A stretch of 64,000 bases of DNA from Mycoplasma sp. CAG:776. GTDB taxonomy: Bacteria > Bacillota_I > Bacilli_A > RF39 > UBA660. The stretch spans positions 55,922-119,921 of the forward strand of contig FR903066.1 of the NCBI GenBank assembly GCA_000438195.1, given 5' to 3'. The notes below the pieces were generated by a model. That model saw only the letters and a program-made list of their open reading frames with translations, was not told where the DNA came from and made no database searches. Below, piece after piece: positions 25,999-34,513 of the stretch. Made by a program: the position numbers and the translations under genes. Position 1 is the stretch's first letter; each line of letters opens with the position of its first letter.

Positions 25999-27923
25999 TT
26001 AAACCTCACTCCCTTTATTTTTTCACGTTTTAACAATTCCAACGAAGTTAAAATTGCCTGCCTATTTCTAGGAACATCCATAACTAAATTAAAATAACAT
26101 AAATCTTGATATTTTCTAGCATATTGATACTTTTTAGTACTATCTTTTAAATAATCACTAATTCCTTCATAGTAATCTTTTTTTAAAAGTTCAATATTTC
26201 CATACATCGTTTTATCAAGCGCTAAAAAGTGTTTACCAATACTTTTATCTGCTTCTTCACTTAACGCAAAATTGATTTTTAAATCATTTGTATATTTTTT
26301 TATTTTTTCTTTCATAAAAGCTACAATGCTTAAACCAAAATCTAGAATTTTATCCACATCATTACTACTAGTAAGTGCTTTACTACACTCCATCAATCCA
26401 GAAAAACTAATGTTTAAAACACCATTTCTAAGAACTTTCCGTACTCGCCGGTTACTTTCCAATTTTTTAGCTTCATAAAGCATATTATCATTAAATATAA
26501 CAGTATAATTTTCTTTATAAAGGTTTGCCTGATATTCATATCTTTGAATCAAAGAATTTTTACTAAGTTCTAATAGTTCTTCTAATTCTTGATAAAAAGC
26601 ATCCATATTTTTTTGATGATATTTTAAACCCAGTCTAGCTAAATTAATAGTAACTGTAGAAAGTTTCATCTTTCCTCTAGATGTAATTTCATCACTAAAA
26701 ACATTCTCATCTAAATAAAGCATATTACTTAAAACATCCATTTCTTCATTAAGATGATTATCTAAAAATAAGACAATAACATCTAATTTCTTTGATATTG
26801 CTTCTACTAGAAAATCATTATTATTTTGATACTTATAAATGGTTGTACAATCTTGATCCTGAATTTCATATATAATCTTAAAATAAATCTTTTTAAAATG
26901 TGTATCTTCCGAACTTAAACTAATATTAACTTTATGATTAGCAAGCCTATAAGTACCATTTTTAATAAATTCTAATAATTTCCTTACATTTTTCTCTAGC
27001 TCTTCTAATATTTTTTCTCTAGTAAAAGATAATACATCTAAAAAAATATTTTTACTGGTAGAATTTAACAATATATCTTGATATGAATGAATAGATATTT
27101 CTAATGTTTTTTCTAACATTATTTTTTCTTTCAATTTCGTAAAATCAAGAAATTCTAATAATCCCATAACTTTAAAAAACATTTCCAAATTGATAATAAA
27201 TTTATTCCTAAAGCACGCAAGAGTAACATTCTCATATAACAAATCAAGATTCATTAAAGTTTGCTCTCCAAATTGTTCTTCTTTAAAGTTCTTAATAATA
27301 TAGATGAGTTTTTCTGTACAATCGGATATATCATCACTAATAATACTACTTAGATCAACAATAGCAGACGAAGTCGTTTTTAAAGCATAAGCATTTATAT
27401 TTTCTATATATATTCTTCCTTCTTCAAAAGCTCGATTATATTTAGACTCAATTAAATACGCTTTCGCAAACTCCTGAGAAACTGTCTTTCCAAAATTAAA
27501 CATCAAATCAGCAGGCTTATTTTCTTGATAATTTTTAGCATTTAAGCCAATCTTTTCTACAGCTTTAACAAATTTATGCTGTTCTTTTACCGAAAAAGCT
27601 TCTCTTGACGCTGCACGCTGTAAACGATATTCGTTAAACTTCTGAAAAACAGTGATATATCCACATTTTTTAAGGGTATCCTCTATGATATCTTGGATAT
27701 CTTCAACATTGATTGTCTTCCGATTCTCATAAACAGTTACAATATACTCGAGTACTAAATTGTAAACTTTATTTATCTTTTTCTCATTTGAAGCACTATC
27801 TTCATCGTTATCATTATCAAAAGCATGTTTAATAGCAACAGCGATTTTAACACTATTAAAATTAACCCGTTGCCCACTTCTTTTAACAACAATCAAATTT
27901 TTAAAAACTTCATTTTCTTTCAT
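25992..27923 (-). CDS. NrdD-like paralogue with ATP-cone but lacking catalytic Cys loop, Zn ribbon and glycyl-radical domain
   Basis: ATP-cone (VVKRSGQRVNFNSVKIAVAIKHAF...VEDIQDIIEDTL). NrdD-homologous blocks AFEEGRIYIENIN (compare AHRSGAIHLHDLS) and STVTINLARLG (compare GVVTINLPRIA). The CCRL position reads MLYLDENV, and the protein ends at ...KGVRFKC with no RxxGY motif. Confidence 0.7.
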   Translation of the reverse strand: MKENEVFKNLIVVKRSGQRVNFNSVKIAVAIKHAFDNDNDEDSASNEKKINKVYNLVLEYIVTVYENRKTINVEDIQDIIEDTLKKCGYITVFQKFNEYRLQRAASREAFSVKEQHKFVKAVEKIGLNAKNYQENKPADLMFNFGKTVSQEFAKAYLIESKYNRAFEEGRIYIENINAYALKTTSSAIVDLSSIISDDISDCTEKLIYIIKNFKEEQFGEQTLMNLDLLYENVTLACFRNKFIINLEMFFKVMGLLEFLDFTKLKEKIMLEKTLEISIHSYQDILLNSTSKNIFLDVLSFTREKILEELEKNVRKLLEFIKNGTYRLANHKVNISLSSEDTHFKKIYFKIIYEIQDQDCTTIYKYQNNNDFLVEAISKKLDVIVLFLDNHLNEEMDVLSNMLYLDENVFSDEITSRGKMKLSTVTINLARLGLKYHQKNMDAFYQELEELLELSKNSLIQRYEYQANLYKENYTVIFNDNMLYEAKKLESNRRVRKVLRNGVLNISFSGLMECSKALTSSNDVDKILDFGLSIVAFMKEKIKKYTNDLKINFALSEEADKSIGKHFLALDKTMYGNIELLKKDYYEGISDYLKDSTKKYQYARKYQDLCYFNLVMDVPRNRQAILTSLELLKREKIKGVRFKC

Positions 27924-28123
27924 TTCTCTACCCTCAATAGCATTATATCATACCCAGTAATTATTTCAATATTTTTTTTGAAAAAAATTTTTTATTTTTT
28001 GTGTCATTTTTTCATTTTGCTGTTTTTTCTTACAAAAAAAACATTTTAAAATCTAAATTGTAAAAAACTGTCAAATAAAAAACAATAAAAATAATATATT
28101 ATAAGACAAAATAAAAATAAATA

Positions 28124-28152
28124 TTGAAAAAATTCTTATTTTCTTATATAAT
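28124..28152 (+). promoter_or_regulatory. Sigma-A-type promoter of the tRNA gene
   Basis: TTGAAA (28124-28129), 17 nt, TATAAT (28147-28152), 13 nt upstream of the tRNA 5' end. Confidence 0.6.
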
Positions 28153-28165
28153 CAAATTATCAGAT

Positions 28166-28242
28166 GTCCTCGTAGCTCAGTAGGATAGAGCAACTGCCTC
28201 CTAAGCAGTAGGTCGTTGGTTCGACTCCAATCGAGGACGCCA
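28166..28242 (+). tRNA. tRNA-Arg (anticodon CCU), CCA encoded
   Basis: Acceptor GTCCTCG/CGAGGAC, D arm GCTC...GAGC, anticodon stem ACTGC/GCAGT with loop CTCCTAA (anticodon CCT), T arm GTTGG-TTCGACT-CCAAT, discriminator G, then CCA. Confidence 0.9.
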
Positions 28243-28267
28243 TTTTTATGAAAGTATATAATTAAAC

Positions 28268-28291
28268 CATTACCTTACGTAATGTTTTTTT
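28268..28291 (+). terminator. Terminator after tRNA-Arg
   Basis: CATTAC-CTTAC-GTAATG followed by TTTTTTT. Confidence 0.6.
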
Positions 28292-28371
28292 ATTTAATAA
28301 AGTTTAAAAAATATCAAAACAAGATTTTACATATTTAAAATTTTATGCTAAAATTTTGATTAGTGATTTTC

Positions 28372-30222
28372 ATGGAAAGAATATTGGACTGGCTAATAAA
28401 ATTAATTAAAAAAATTTTTTGGTGGATAAAATATATTATAATAATTATCTTTTGTTTCATATGCCATTTTTTTAGTAAAAATACTAAACTTGAAAATGAA
28501 AAAAACAAAATGAAAGAAAAGAAACTTCAATCTAAAAAGAAAGAGCCAATATCATCAACAAGTTTTAAAGATAACCCTACTCTAATAAAAAATTCTATTT
28601 TTGGGCCAACGAAAGAAACATTAAAAGAAAAAATAATAGAATTTTACTGTGAAAAATACCAAATAAAACGATATGAACTAACTAAAGAAGATGAACAAAT
28701 AATTGAAAAAATAGAAGAAGAAATCATTCCTCAATTAGCCAAAGAAATAGAAACAAAACATATTCAAAATGAGGAAGAATTAAAAGAAAAAATAAAAGAG
28801 TTAAGCCTAGAAGAATTAAATAAAATAGAGCTTGAAATTAAAAAAGCAACCAATATTGAAGATACACCAAAAAAAACAACTGAAAAGAATATTTTTTCTT
28901 CATTGCCAATGAAACAAGAAGTACTTTTAGTAAAAAATACTCCCCTAAAAAGTATTTTTCATCAAGATACACTATCAAATCAAAATAACAGAACCCCATT
29001 TATAACTGACCAAAAAAATACACCAATTATTACTCCTAAAAAAGAAAAAAATATTCAAGCTTCTGAAAGTTTGAATAATACAAAAGCTCCAGACAAAAAC
29101 CTAGTTCCTTTAGAAAGTCCATTAAAAAGAAAAGAAACCTTACAATCATCACCACTTGAAATACAATCTGTACCTCTTCCTGAAATAGAACTAGAAAATA
29201 TTGAATTTCTAGAAGATATTCCACCTAATCTTGATAACCAAAAAGTAATTTTAGAAGAAACAATAGAAAATCAAAAATCAAAAGAAGAGCCCAAAGAAGA
29301 ACTAAAAAAGAAAAAGAAACAAGAAGAACAAAAACCTATTTTAGTTGACACTTCACTATTAGATGATAAAATTAAAAAAATTAGCGAAAATAAAAATATA
29401 GAATTAACCAAAGAAGAATTTGAAGATAAAGATTATGACAAATTAATAATCGAAATTGATATATTATTAAAAGAAATTACTAACTTAAAACAAAAACCTC
29501 TTACAGAAGAAAGTAAACAAAAACTAATACAACAAGAAAGCAAACTAAATCAAGTTAAAAAAGAACTCGAAATAAAAAAAGGAGAAGATCTTAAAAAAGA
29601 AGAAAATTTATTACAAGAGGCCATCTTAGATCAAGAGTTATTTAGACTAGAAGAAGAGCTAAAAAAGCTACATTTAGAAAACCAAATAGATTTAAACGAG
29701 AAAAACATCCAGAAAGCAGAAGATTTAGAATTCTTAAGTAAAGAACAAGTGAGCAAAATCGAAAAAGAATTAATTAAACTAAAAATCAAGAAAGCTTGTA
29801 AAACTCTAGAATTACCATCTATTCTTCTACTCCCCTTCATAAGAAATAAATACTTCTTTTATTTTACCGCTGGTCTTTTTGTAAGTAATCATCTAAACTT
29901 TTTAAATCTTATCTTAAGACATAAGACATCAAATTTCACAAAGCCAGAATTAGAAGAAATAAGAAGAGGAAATGATGCTTTAAATGAATCTCTAAACTTA
30001 ACAAATAATAATATTGCATACCTATCATATCTTGAAAATGATATACGAACTAAATACCCAGAACTATCTTATGATGAAGAATATTTAATATATATCAATA
30101 GATTAAAATACAATTTAATTAAAAACCAAGAAAAACTATTAAAGAAAAAGAAAATGATTGAAAAATACAATCTAAAATATCAAGTAAAAGTTAGAAAACT
30201 AAAAAAGAAAAAAATTGCTTAA
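28372..30222 (+). CDS. Lys/Glu-rich coiled-coil membrane protein, hypothetical
   Basis: One of the few plus-strand ORFs. It has an N-terminal TM (IFWWIKYIIIIIFCFICHFF), about 400 residues of K/E-rich low-complexity helix and a C-terminal hydrophobic segment. The start is uncertain: GTG 28363 or ATG 28372, both very close to a TTTACA-17-TAAAAT promoter. Confidence 0.55.
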   Translation: MERILDWLIKLIKKIFWWIKYIIIIIFCFICHFFSKNTKLENEKNKMKEKKLQSKKKEPISSTSFKDNPTLIKNSIFGPTKETLKEKIIEFYCEKYQIKRYELTKEDEQIIEKIEEEIIPQLAKEIETKHIQNEEELKEKIKELSLEELNKIELEIKKATNIEDTPKKTTEKNIFSSLPMKQEVLLVKNTPLKSIFHQDTLSNQNNRTPFITDQKNTPIITPKKEKNIQASESLNNTKAPDKNLVPLESPLKRKETLQSSPLEIQSVPLPEIELENIEFLEDIPPNLDNQKVILEETIENQKSKEEPKEELKKKKKQEEQKPILVDTSLLDDKIKKISENKNIELTKEEFEDKDYDKLIIEIDILLKEITNLKQKPLTEESKQKLIQQESKLNQVKKELEIKKGEDLKKEENLLQEAILDQELFRLEEELKKLHLENQIDLNEKNIQKAEDLEFLSKEQVSKIEKELIKLKIKKACKTLELPSILLLPFIRNKYFFYFTAGLFVSNHLNFLNLILRHKTSNFTKPELEEIRRGNDALNESLNLTNNNIAYLSYLENDIRTKYPELSYDEEYLIYINRLKYNLIKNQEKLLKKKKMIEKYNLKYQVKVRKLKKKKIA

Positions 30223-30244
30223 AAACATCATTAAGCAATTTTTT
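30215..30244. terminator. Bidirectional terminator between convergent genes
   Basis: TTGCTTAA-AAACATCA-TTAAGCAA flanked by an A-run upstream and a T-run downstream. Confidence 0.65.
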
Positions 30245-30250
30245 AATAAA

Positions 30251-31144
30251 CTAATCTTCTTTTTTCTTCTCTAAAATCTTCTTCAACTGTTCAAGTCCAA
30301 TAATAACTAAACCACCAATCAAGAAAAATAAGATACTAAAAGTAGAAAAAGATAAAGCTTCTTGTGGAACACTAAGTGTGGTAGGTCCCATAATAATTGC
30401 ATAAATAGAACCAACCATTAAACCAAGGATACAGTAAATTGATTGACTTCGATATTTTTTTAGAGCTAGTTTAATAAACCTAACAACCATCAAAATTCCT
30501 GTTAAAACTCCAAGTCCAAATACAATTAAGACCGGAAGATAATCAAAATTCAAATGCAACAATTCTTTAATCGCTGATATAATTGGAACATATAAACCAA
30601 ATATCAGCAACAAAGTAGAACCGGAAATACCAGGTAAAACCATCGCTGATATAGCAATCATCGCAACCACAAAAACATAAAAACCAAGTCCCATACTTAA
30701 TTTAGAAACATCTACGGCATTAGCATCCCCCGTAACCGGATTAAGATATGTAATAAGAACAACTGCTATAATTCCTAATAAAGTAAAAATCAAATTTTGA
30801 TATTTTCCTTTTAAAGTTTTCTTTTCTTCTTTAACAATAAGCGGAATGGAAAACACAATAAATCCAATAAATACAGAGCTTACAGCATAAATATGTTTTT
30901 CAAACAAACTAGTCAAAATTAAAACCGCCAAAACCATTCCAACGAGCCAACCAAGAATAATTTTAAACAAGAAGAATAAAGCTTTCTTCTTTTTCTCTCT
31001 ATCCCCGTAAGCTAAATCATCTAAAGAATTGATAAATTTATCATAAAAACCTAAAATAAAGGCAATCGTTCCACCCGAAACCCCTGGAACACTATCTGCA
31101 AGTGCCATACAAAACCCTCTTATTCCATTAATTAAAAAACTCAT
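30251..31144 (-). CDS. DUF368-family membrane protein (putative undecaprenyl-phosphate translocase type)
   Basis: Duplicated signature VPGVSGGTIAFILGFY and LPGISGSTLLLIFGLY; about 8 TM segments. Confidence 0.8.
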   Translation of the reverse strand: MSFLINGIRGFCMALADSVPGVSGGTIAFILGFYDKFINSLDDLAYGDREKKKKALFFLFKIILGWLVGMVLAVLILTSLFEKHIYAVSSVFIGFIVFSIPLIVKEEKKTLKGKYQNLIFTLLGIIAVVLITYLNPVTGDANAVDVSKLSMGLGFYVFVVAMIAISAMVLPGISGSTLLLIFGLYVPIISAIKELLHLNFDYLPVLIVFGLGVLTGILMVVRFIKLALKKYRSQSIYCILGLMVGSIYAIIMGPTTLSVPQEALSFSTFSILFFLIGGLVIIGLEQLKKILEKKKED

Positions 31145-31233
31145 TATAACCTCCCAATTTTTTATCTATTCTTATTATACATGAAAACTTAAGAAAAGGT
31201 AAAGAATTATTATAATCCTTGACAAAAAAGAAG

Positions 31234-33756
31234 TTAAATTTCTAACTTCTTTAACTTCTCTTCTTCTAAAGCTAGTTTTTCCTTTTCCTGTTCTACTAAA
31301 TGAGTTGGAGCTTTACTAATGAAATTAGAATTAGCAAGGAGACTTTTTCTTTTGGCAATAGATGCTTTTAAAGTTTCTATTTCTTTTTTTAATAATGCTT
31401 TTTCTTCTTCCGTTATTTCTTTTTCAAAATAAATCGTAACATCAAATTCTTGATAATGAACTGGATAAGAAACTATATTAAGAGAATCTTTAACCACATT
31501 TTCAATCTTTAACATTTGCCGAATTAAAGAATAATCTTCATCATTATTAAATTTGACTTGAACCGACTTATCCATATGATTTTCTTGATATGTTTTGCGA
31601 TATAATTTAATAAATTCAATCATATGTTCCACTTTTTGACAAGCATCTTTAAAAATTTCTTTTTTATTATATTTTGGATAATCGCTTACCATAATATTTT
31701 CACTTATATTAGGAATCATTCCATAAATCTCATCCGTAACATAAGGCATAAACGGATGAAGCATCTTTAAAATACCTTTTAATACTTGTACAAGCACTTG
31801 TTTAGTATTATCTTCTTCCATATGAAATTTAGCGAATTCAATATAATGATCACAAAAATCATCATAAATAAAATTATAAATCTCTGTACCCGCATTATTA
31901 AGTTCAAACTTATCCATAAACCTTGTAACATTTTTTATGGTCTCATTATATTTCGTCAAAATCCATTCATCAATAATAGAATATCCTTCTAATCTAGAAC
32001 TATTTTGGTAACCCTCTAAATTCATTAAAACAAAACGGGAAGCATTCCAAAGTTTATTAATAAAATTCCAAGTAGCTTTTAAATTTTCCTCATCAAATTT
32101 AAGATCCATCCCATTCGATACAGAAGTTGTAAGATAATAACGTAAAGCATCGGCTCCGTATTTCTCGATCATATCCATTGGATCAATACCATTACCTAAA
32201 CTCTTAGACATTTTACGTCCTTCTTTATCACGAATAAGTCCATGAATAAGGCAATATTCAAATGGTCTTTCACCTAAAAATTCCAAGCCTTGAAAAGTCA
32301 TTCGATTTACCCAAAAAGGAATAATATCATAACCGGTAACTAATACTTGATTAGGATAATATCTTTTTAAATCATCTGTATTATCTGGAAAGCCGAGAGT
32401 AGAAAAAGGCCATAAAGCACTAGAAAACCATGTATCAAGAACATCACTATCTTGTATCCATCCATCCTCTTTAGGAGCATAATTCCCAACATAAACTTCT
32501 CCATTTTTATACCAAGCAGGAATTCTATGTCCCCACCAAAGTTGCCGTGAAATACACCAATCATAAGTAATCTCCATCCAATGATTCATAATTTTTTCAA
32601 AACGTTTTGGAACAAAATTAACTTTTTTGTCTTTATTTTTTTGATTACGTAAAACCTGATCAGCTAAAGGACGCATTTTAACAAACCATTGCTTAGATAA
32701 ATAAGGTTCAATTAAAGCTCCACTTCTTTCACTAAAAGGAGCATTATGCGTAATAGATTCTACGGAAAGTAATAAGCCTTGTTCTTTTAAATCTCCAATC
32801 AATTTTTCCCGAGCCAAAAAGCGATCTAGACCCTCATAGCAACCAGCATTTTCATTCATCGTACCATTTGGATTGATACAAACAATTCTTTCTAAATCAT
32901 GGCGTAATCCTACTTCATAATCATTCGGATCATGAGCCGGTGTAATTTTAACACATCCCGTTCCCTTTTCCATATCAGCATGATTATCACCAATAATAGG
33001 AATTTCTCTTCCCACAATCGGTAAAATAACCTTTTTACCAATGAACTGATTATAACGTTCATCATCCGGATTAACCGCAACCGCTGTATCACCAAATAAT
33101 GTTTCCGGACGAGTTGTCGCAACATCTAAATATAAATCACTATCTACTAACTGATACTTTAAATGATAAAAAGCTCCGGGAATATCTTTATAAATAACTT
33201 CTTCATTGGATAGAGCAGTCATAGCAACAGGATCCCAGTTAATAATCTTTTCTCCTTGATAAATAAGACCTTTTTGATATAAATCTACAAATACTTTTCT
33301 TACTGCTTTAGATAAACCTTCATCTAAAGTAAAACGTTCTTTAGAATAAGCTAAAGATAAACCTAGTTTAGCCCATTGTGCATGAATATTTTCTGCGTAT
33401 TCTTTTTTCCAATTCCAAGCATGTTCAAGCCATTCTTCTCTAGATATTTCTCTAGGATTAATTCCCATATCTTTTAATTTTTTATCTACTTTAGCTTGAG
33501 TTGCAATGCCTGCATGATCCATACCTGGAATCCATACAGCATCAAATCCTTGCATTCTTTTATAACGAATTAGTATATCTTGAATAGAAGTATCCCAAGC
33601 ATGCCCAATATGTAATTTACCAGTAACATTTGGAGGTGGGATTACAATACAAAATGGCTTTCTACTTTTATCAACAGATTCAAAATAACCCCGTTGTTTC
33701 CAACTTTCGTATTTATTTTTTTCTACTTCTAAATGATTATATTTCTTATCTAACAT
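31234..33756 (-). CDS. valS: Valine--tRNA ligase
   Basis: HIGH motif PPPNVTGKLHIGHA, KMSKS motif KMSKSLGN, coiled-coil C-terminus, 840 aa. A hairpin plus T-run overlaps the stop (about 31226-31252). Confidence 0.95.
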   Translation of the reverse strand: MLDKKYNHLEVEKNKYESWKQRGYFESVDKSRKPFCIVIPPPNVTGKLHIGHAWDTSIQDILIRYKRMQGFDAVWIPGMDHAGIATQAKVDKKLKDMGINPREISREEWLEHAWNWKKEYAENIHAQWAKLGLSLAYSKERFTLDEGLSKAVRKVFVDLYQKGLIYQGEKIINWDPVAMTALSNEEVIYKDIPGAFYHLKYQLVDSDLYLDVATTRPETLFGDTAVAVNPDDERYNQFIGKKVILPIVGREIPIIGDNHADMEKGTGCVKITPAHDPNDYEVGLRHDLERIVCINPNGTMNENAGCYEGLDRFLAREKLIGDLKEQGLLLSVESITHNAPFSERSGALIEPYLSKQWFVKMRPLADQVLRNQKNKDKKVNFVPKRFEKIMNHWMEITYDWCISRQLWWGHRIPAWYKNGEVYVGNYAPKEDGWIQDSDVLDTWFSSALWPFSTLGFPDNTDDLKRYYPNQVLVTGYDIIPFWVNRMTFQGLEFLGERPFEYCLIHGLIRDKEGRKMSKSLGNGIDPMDMIEKYGADALRYYLTTSVSNGMDLKFDEENLKATWNFINKLWNASRFVLMNLEGYQNSSRLEGYSIIDEWILTKYNETIKNVTRFMDKFELNNAGTEIYNFIYDDFCDHYIEFAKFHMEEDNTKQVLVQVLKGILKMLHPFMPYVTDEIYGMIPNISENIMVSDYPKYNKKEIFKDACQKVEHMIEFIKLYRKTYQENHMDKSVQVKFNNDEDYSLIRQMLKIENVVKDSLNIVSYPVHYQEFDVTIYFEKEITEEEKALLKKEIETLKASIAKRKSLLANSNFISKAPTHLVEQEKEKLALEEEKLKKLEI

Positions 33757-34274
33757 AAATGTACCTCTTTCCTATATTTTTCAAATTCTTTCAAACATAT
33801 TTTTAATTCAACATCAGTAAATTTTTTATATTTATTTTCATTCTTTTCTTTTAACAAATTTAGAATTTCATCCAAAGAACAGCTCATTAAATGAAAATGA
33901 TAATGTTTTTCATAATTAGTAAGGTGGACTCGTTCTGGTTCAACTTTCTTAGGATTTACTATCAAAAATAAATTTACATCATTTTCCCTATTAACATTGA
34001 TCTTTTCACCAAAAAAATCTTTGTGCCAAAAAACAATATTCCCAATATATTGAATCTCTTTTGTTGTAATATTTATTCCTAACTCTTCTTTTAGCTCCCT
34101 TATCAAAGCATCCTTTAAATCTTCATGTGCCTCCACTCGACCTCCTGGAAGATTATAAGAATTATCCATATTGGTAACATAAAATTTCCCCTCATAATTC
34201 ATTATAACTGCTCTTACTTTACAAACTTTTGAATTAATATCTTTCTTTTCTAAATGTCCTAAATTAACTAGCAT
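33750..34274 (-). CDS. NUDIX hydrolase
   Basis: Nudix box GGRVEAHEDLKDALIRELKEELGI. The start was moved to MLVNLGHLEK (ATG 34274, GGAGGAAG SD); the track start lies inside the T-box terminator. It overlaps the valS start. Confidence 0.85.
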   Translation of the reverse strand: MLVNLGHLEKKDINSKVCKVRAVIMNYEGKFYVTNMDNSYNLPGGRVEAHEDLKDALIRELKEELGINITTKEIQYIGNIVFWHKDFFGEKINVNRENDVNLFLIVNPKKVEPERVHLTNYEKHYHFHLMSCSLDEILNLLKEKNENKYKKFTDVELKICLKEFEKYRKEVHLC

Positions 34275-34286
34275 AGGCTTCCTCCA

Positions 34287-34480
34287 ATAAAAAAAGATAG
34301 CACCAAAGGGTGCATAAATGCACGGTACCACCTTTTATTTCACTTAAATTTTTAACGTATTACATACGGGTTTTTAAAAACCAGCTCCCAAGCAACCTTC
34401 CAATACCTTCAATATTCTATTCCACCACCCTAGAACTCTCTAAAAAATCCAGTACTGTACTCCTCTTGTTCATCGCTTTT
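34287..34480 (-). promoter_or_regulatory. T-box riboswitch leader, specifier GUU (Val), controlling NUDIX-valS
   Basis: Minus-strand elements in order:
- promoter TTGAAA-17-TAGAAT (34517-34489)
- GA motif GCGAUGA
- AGAGAG bulge
- distal GGUGGUGGAA
- specifier loop GAAG-GUU-G next to the CAAG/CUUG helix (GUU = 34394-34396)
- T-box AAAAGGUGGUACCGUGC
- terminator GCACC-CUUU-GGUGC plus UAUCUUUUUU. Confidence 0.85.
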
Positions 34481-34513
34481 ATACAAGTATTCTATCAAAA
34501 TTTAAAATATTTT

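Noticed and set aside
26272-28049. Small plus-strand ORFs 26272-26478 and 27825-28049.
   Set aside because: The first is antisense to the NrdD-like gene. The second spans its start and the promoter region and translates to Phe/Ile/Asn-rich low complexity.
27924-28123. NrdR boxes upstream of the nrd operon (palindrome ATAATATATTAT near 28091-28102 and ATTATATCAT near 27945).
   Set aside because: There is only one clean AT palindrome, which is expected by chance at this composition. I saw no tandem pair at the canonical about 31-32-nt phasing and no flanking ACAC/GTGT arms.
29036-29840. Minus-strand ORFs 29036-29224 and 29631-29840 inside the K/E-rich gene.
   Set aside because: The antisense of an AAG/GAA-rich sequence gives long open Phe/Leu/Ser frames by chance.
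31786-33125. ORFs 31786-31992 (+), 32367-32564 (-) and 32910-33125 (-) inside valS.
   Set aside because: They are alternative-frame or antisense ORFs within a gene carrying HIGH and KMSKS motifs.
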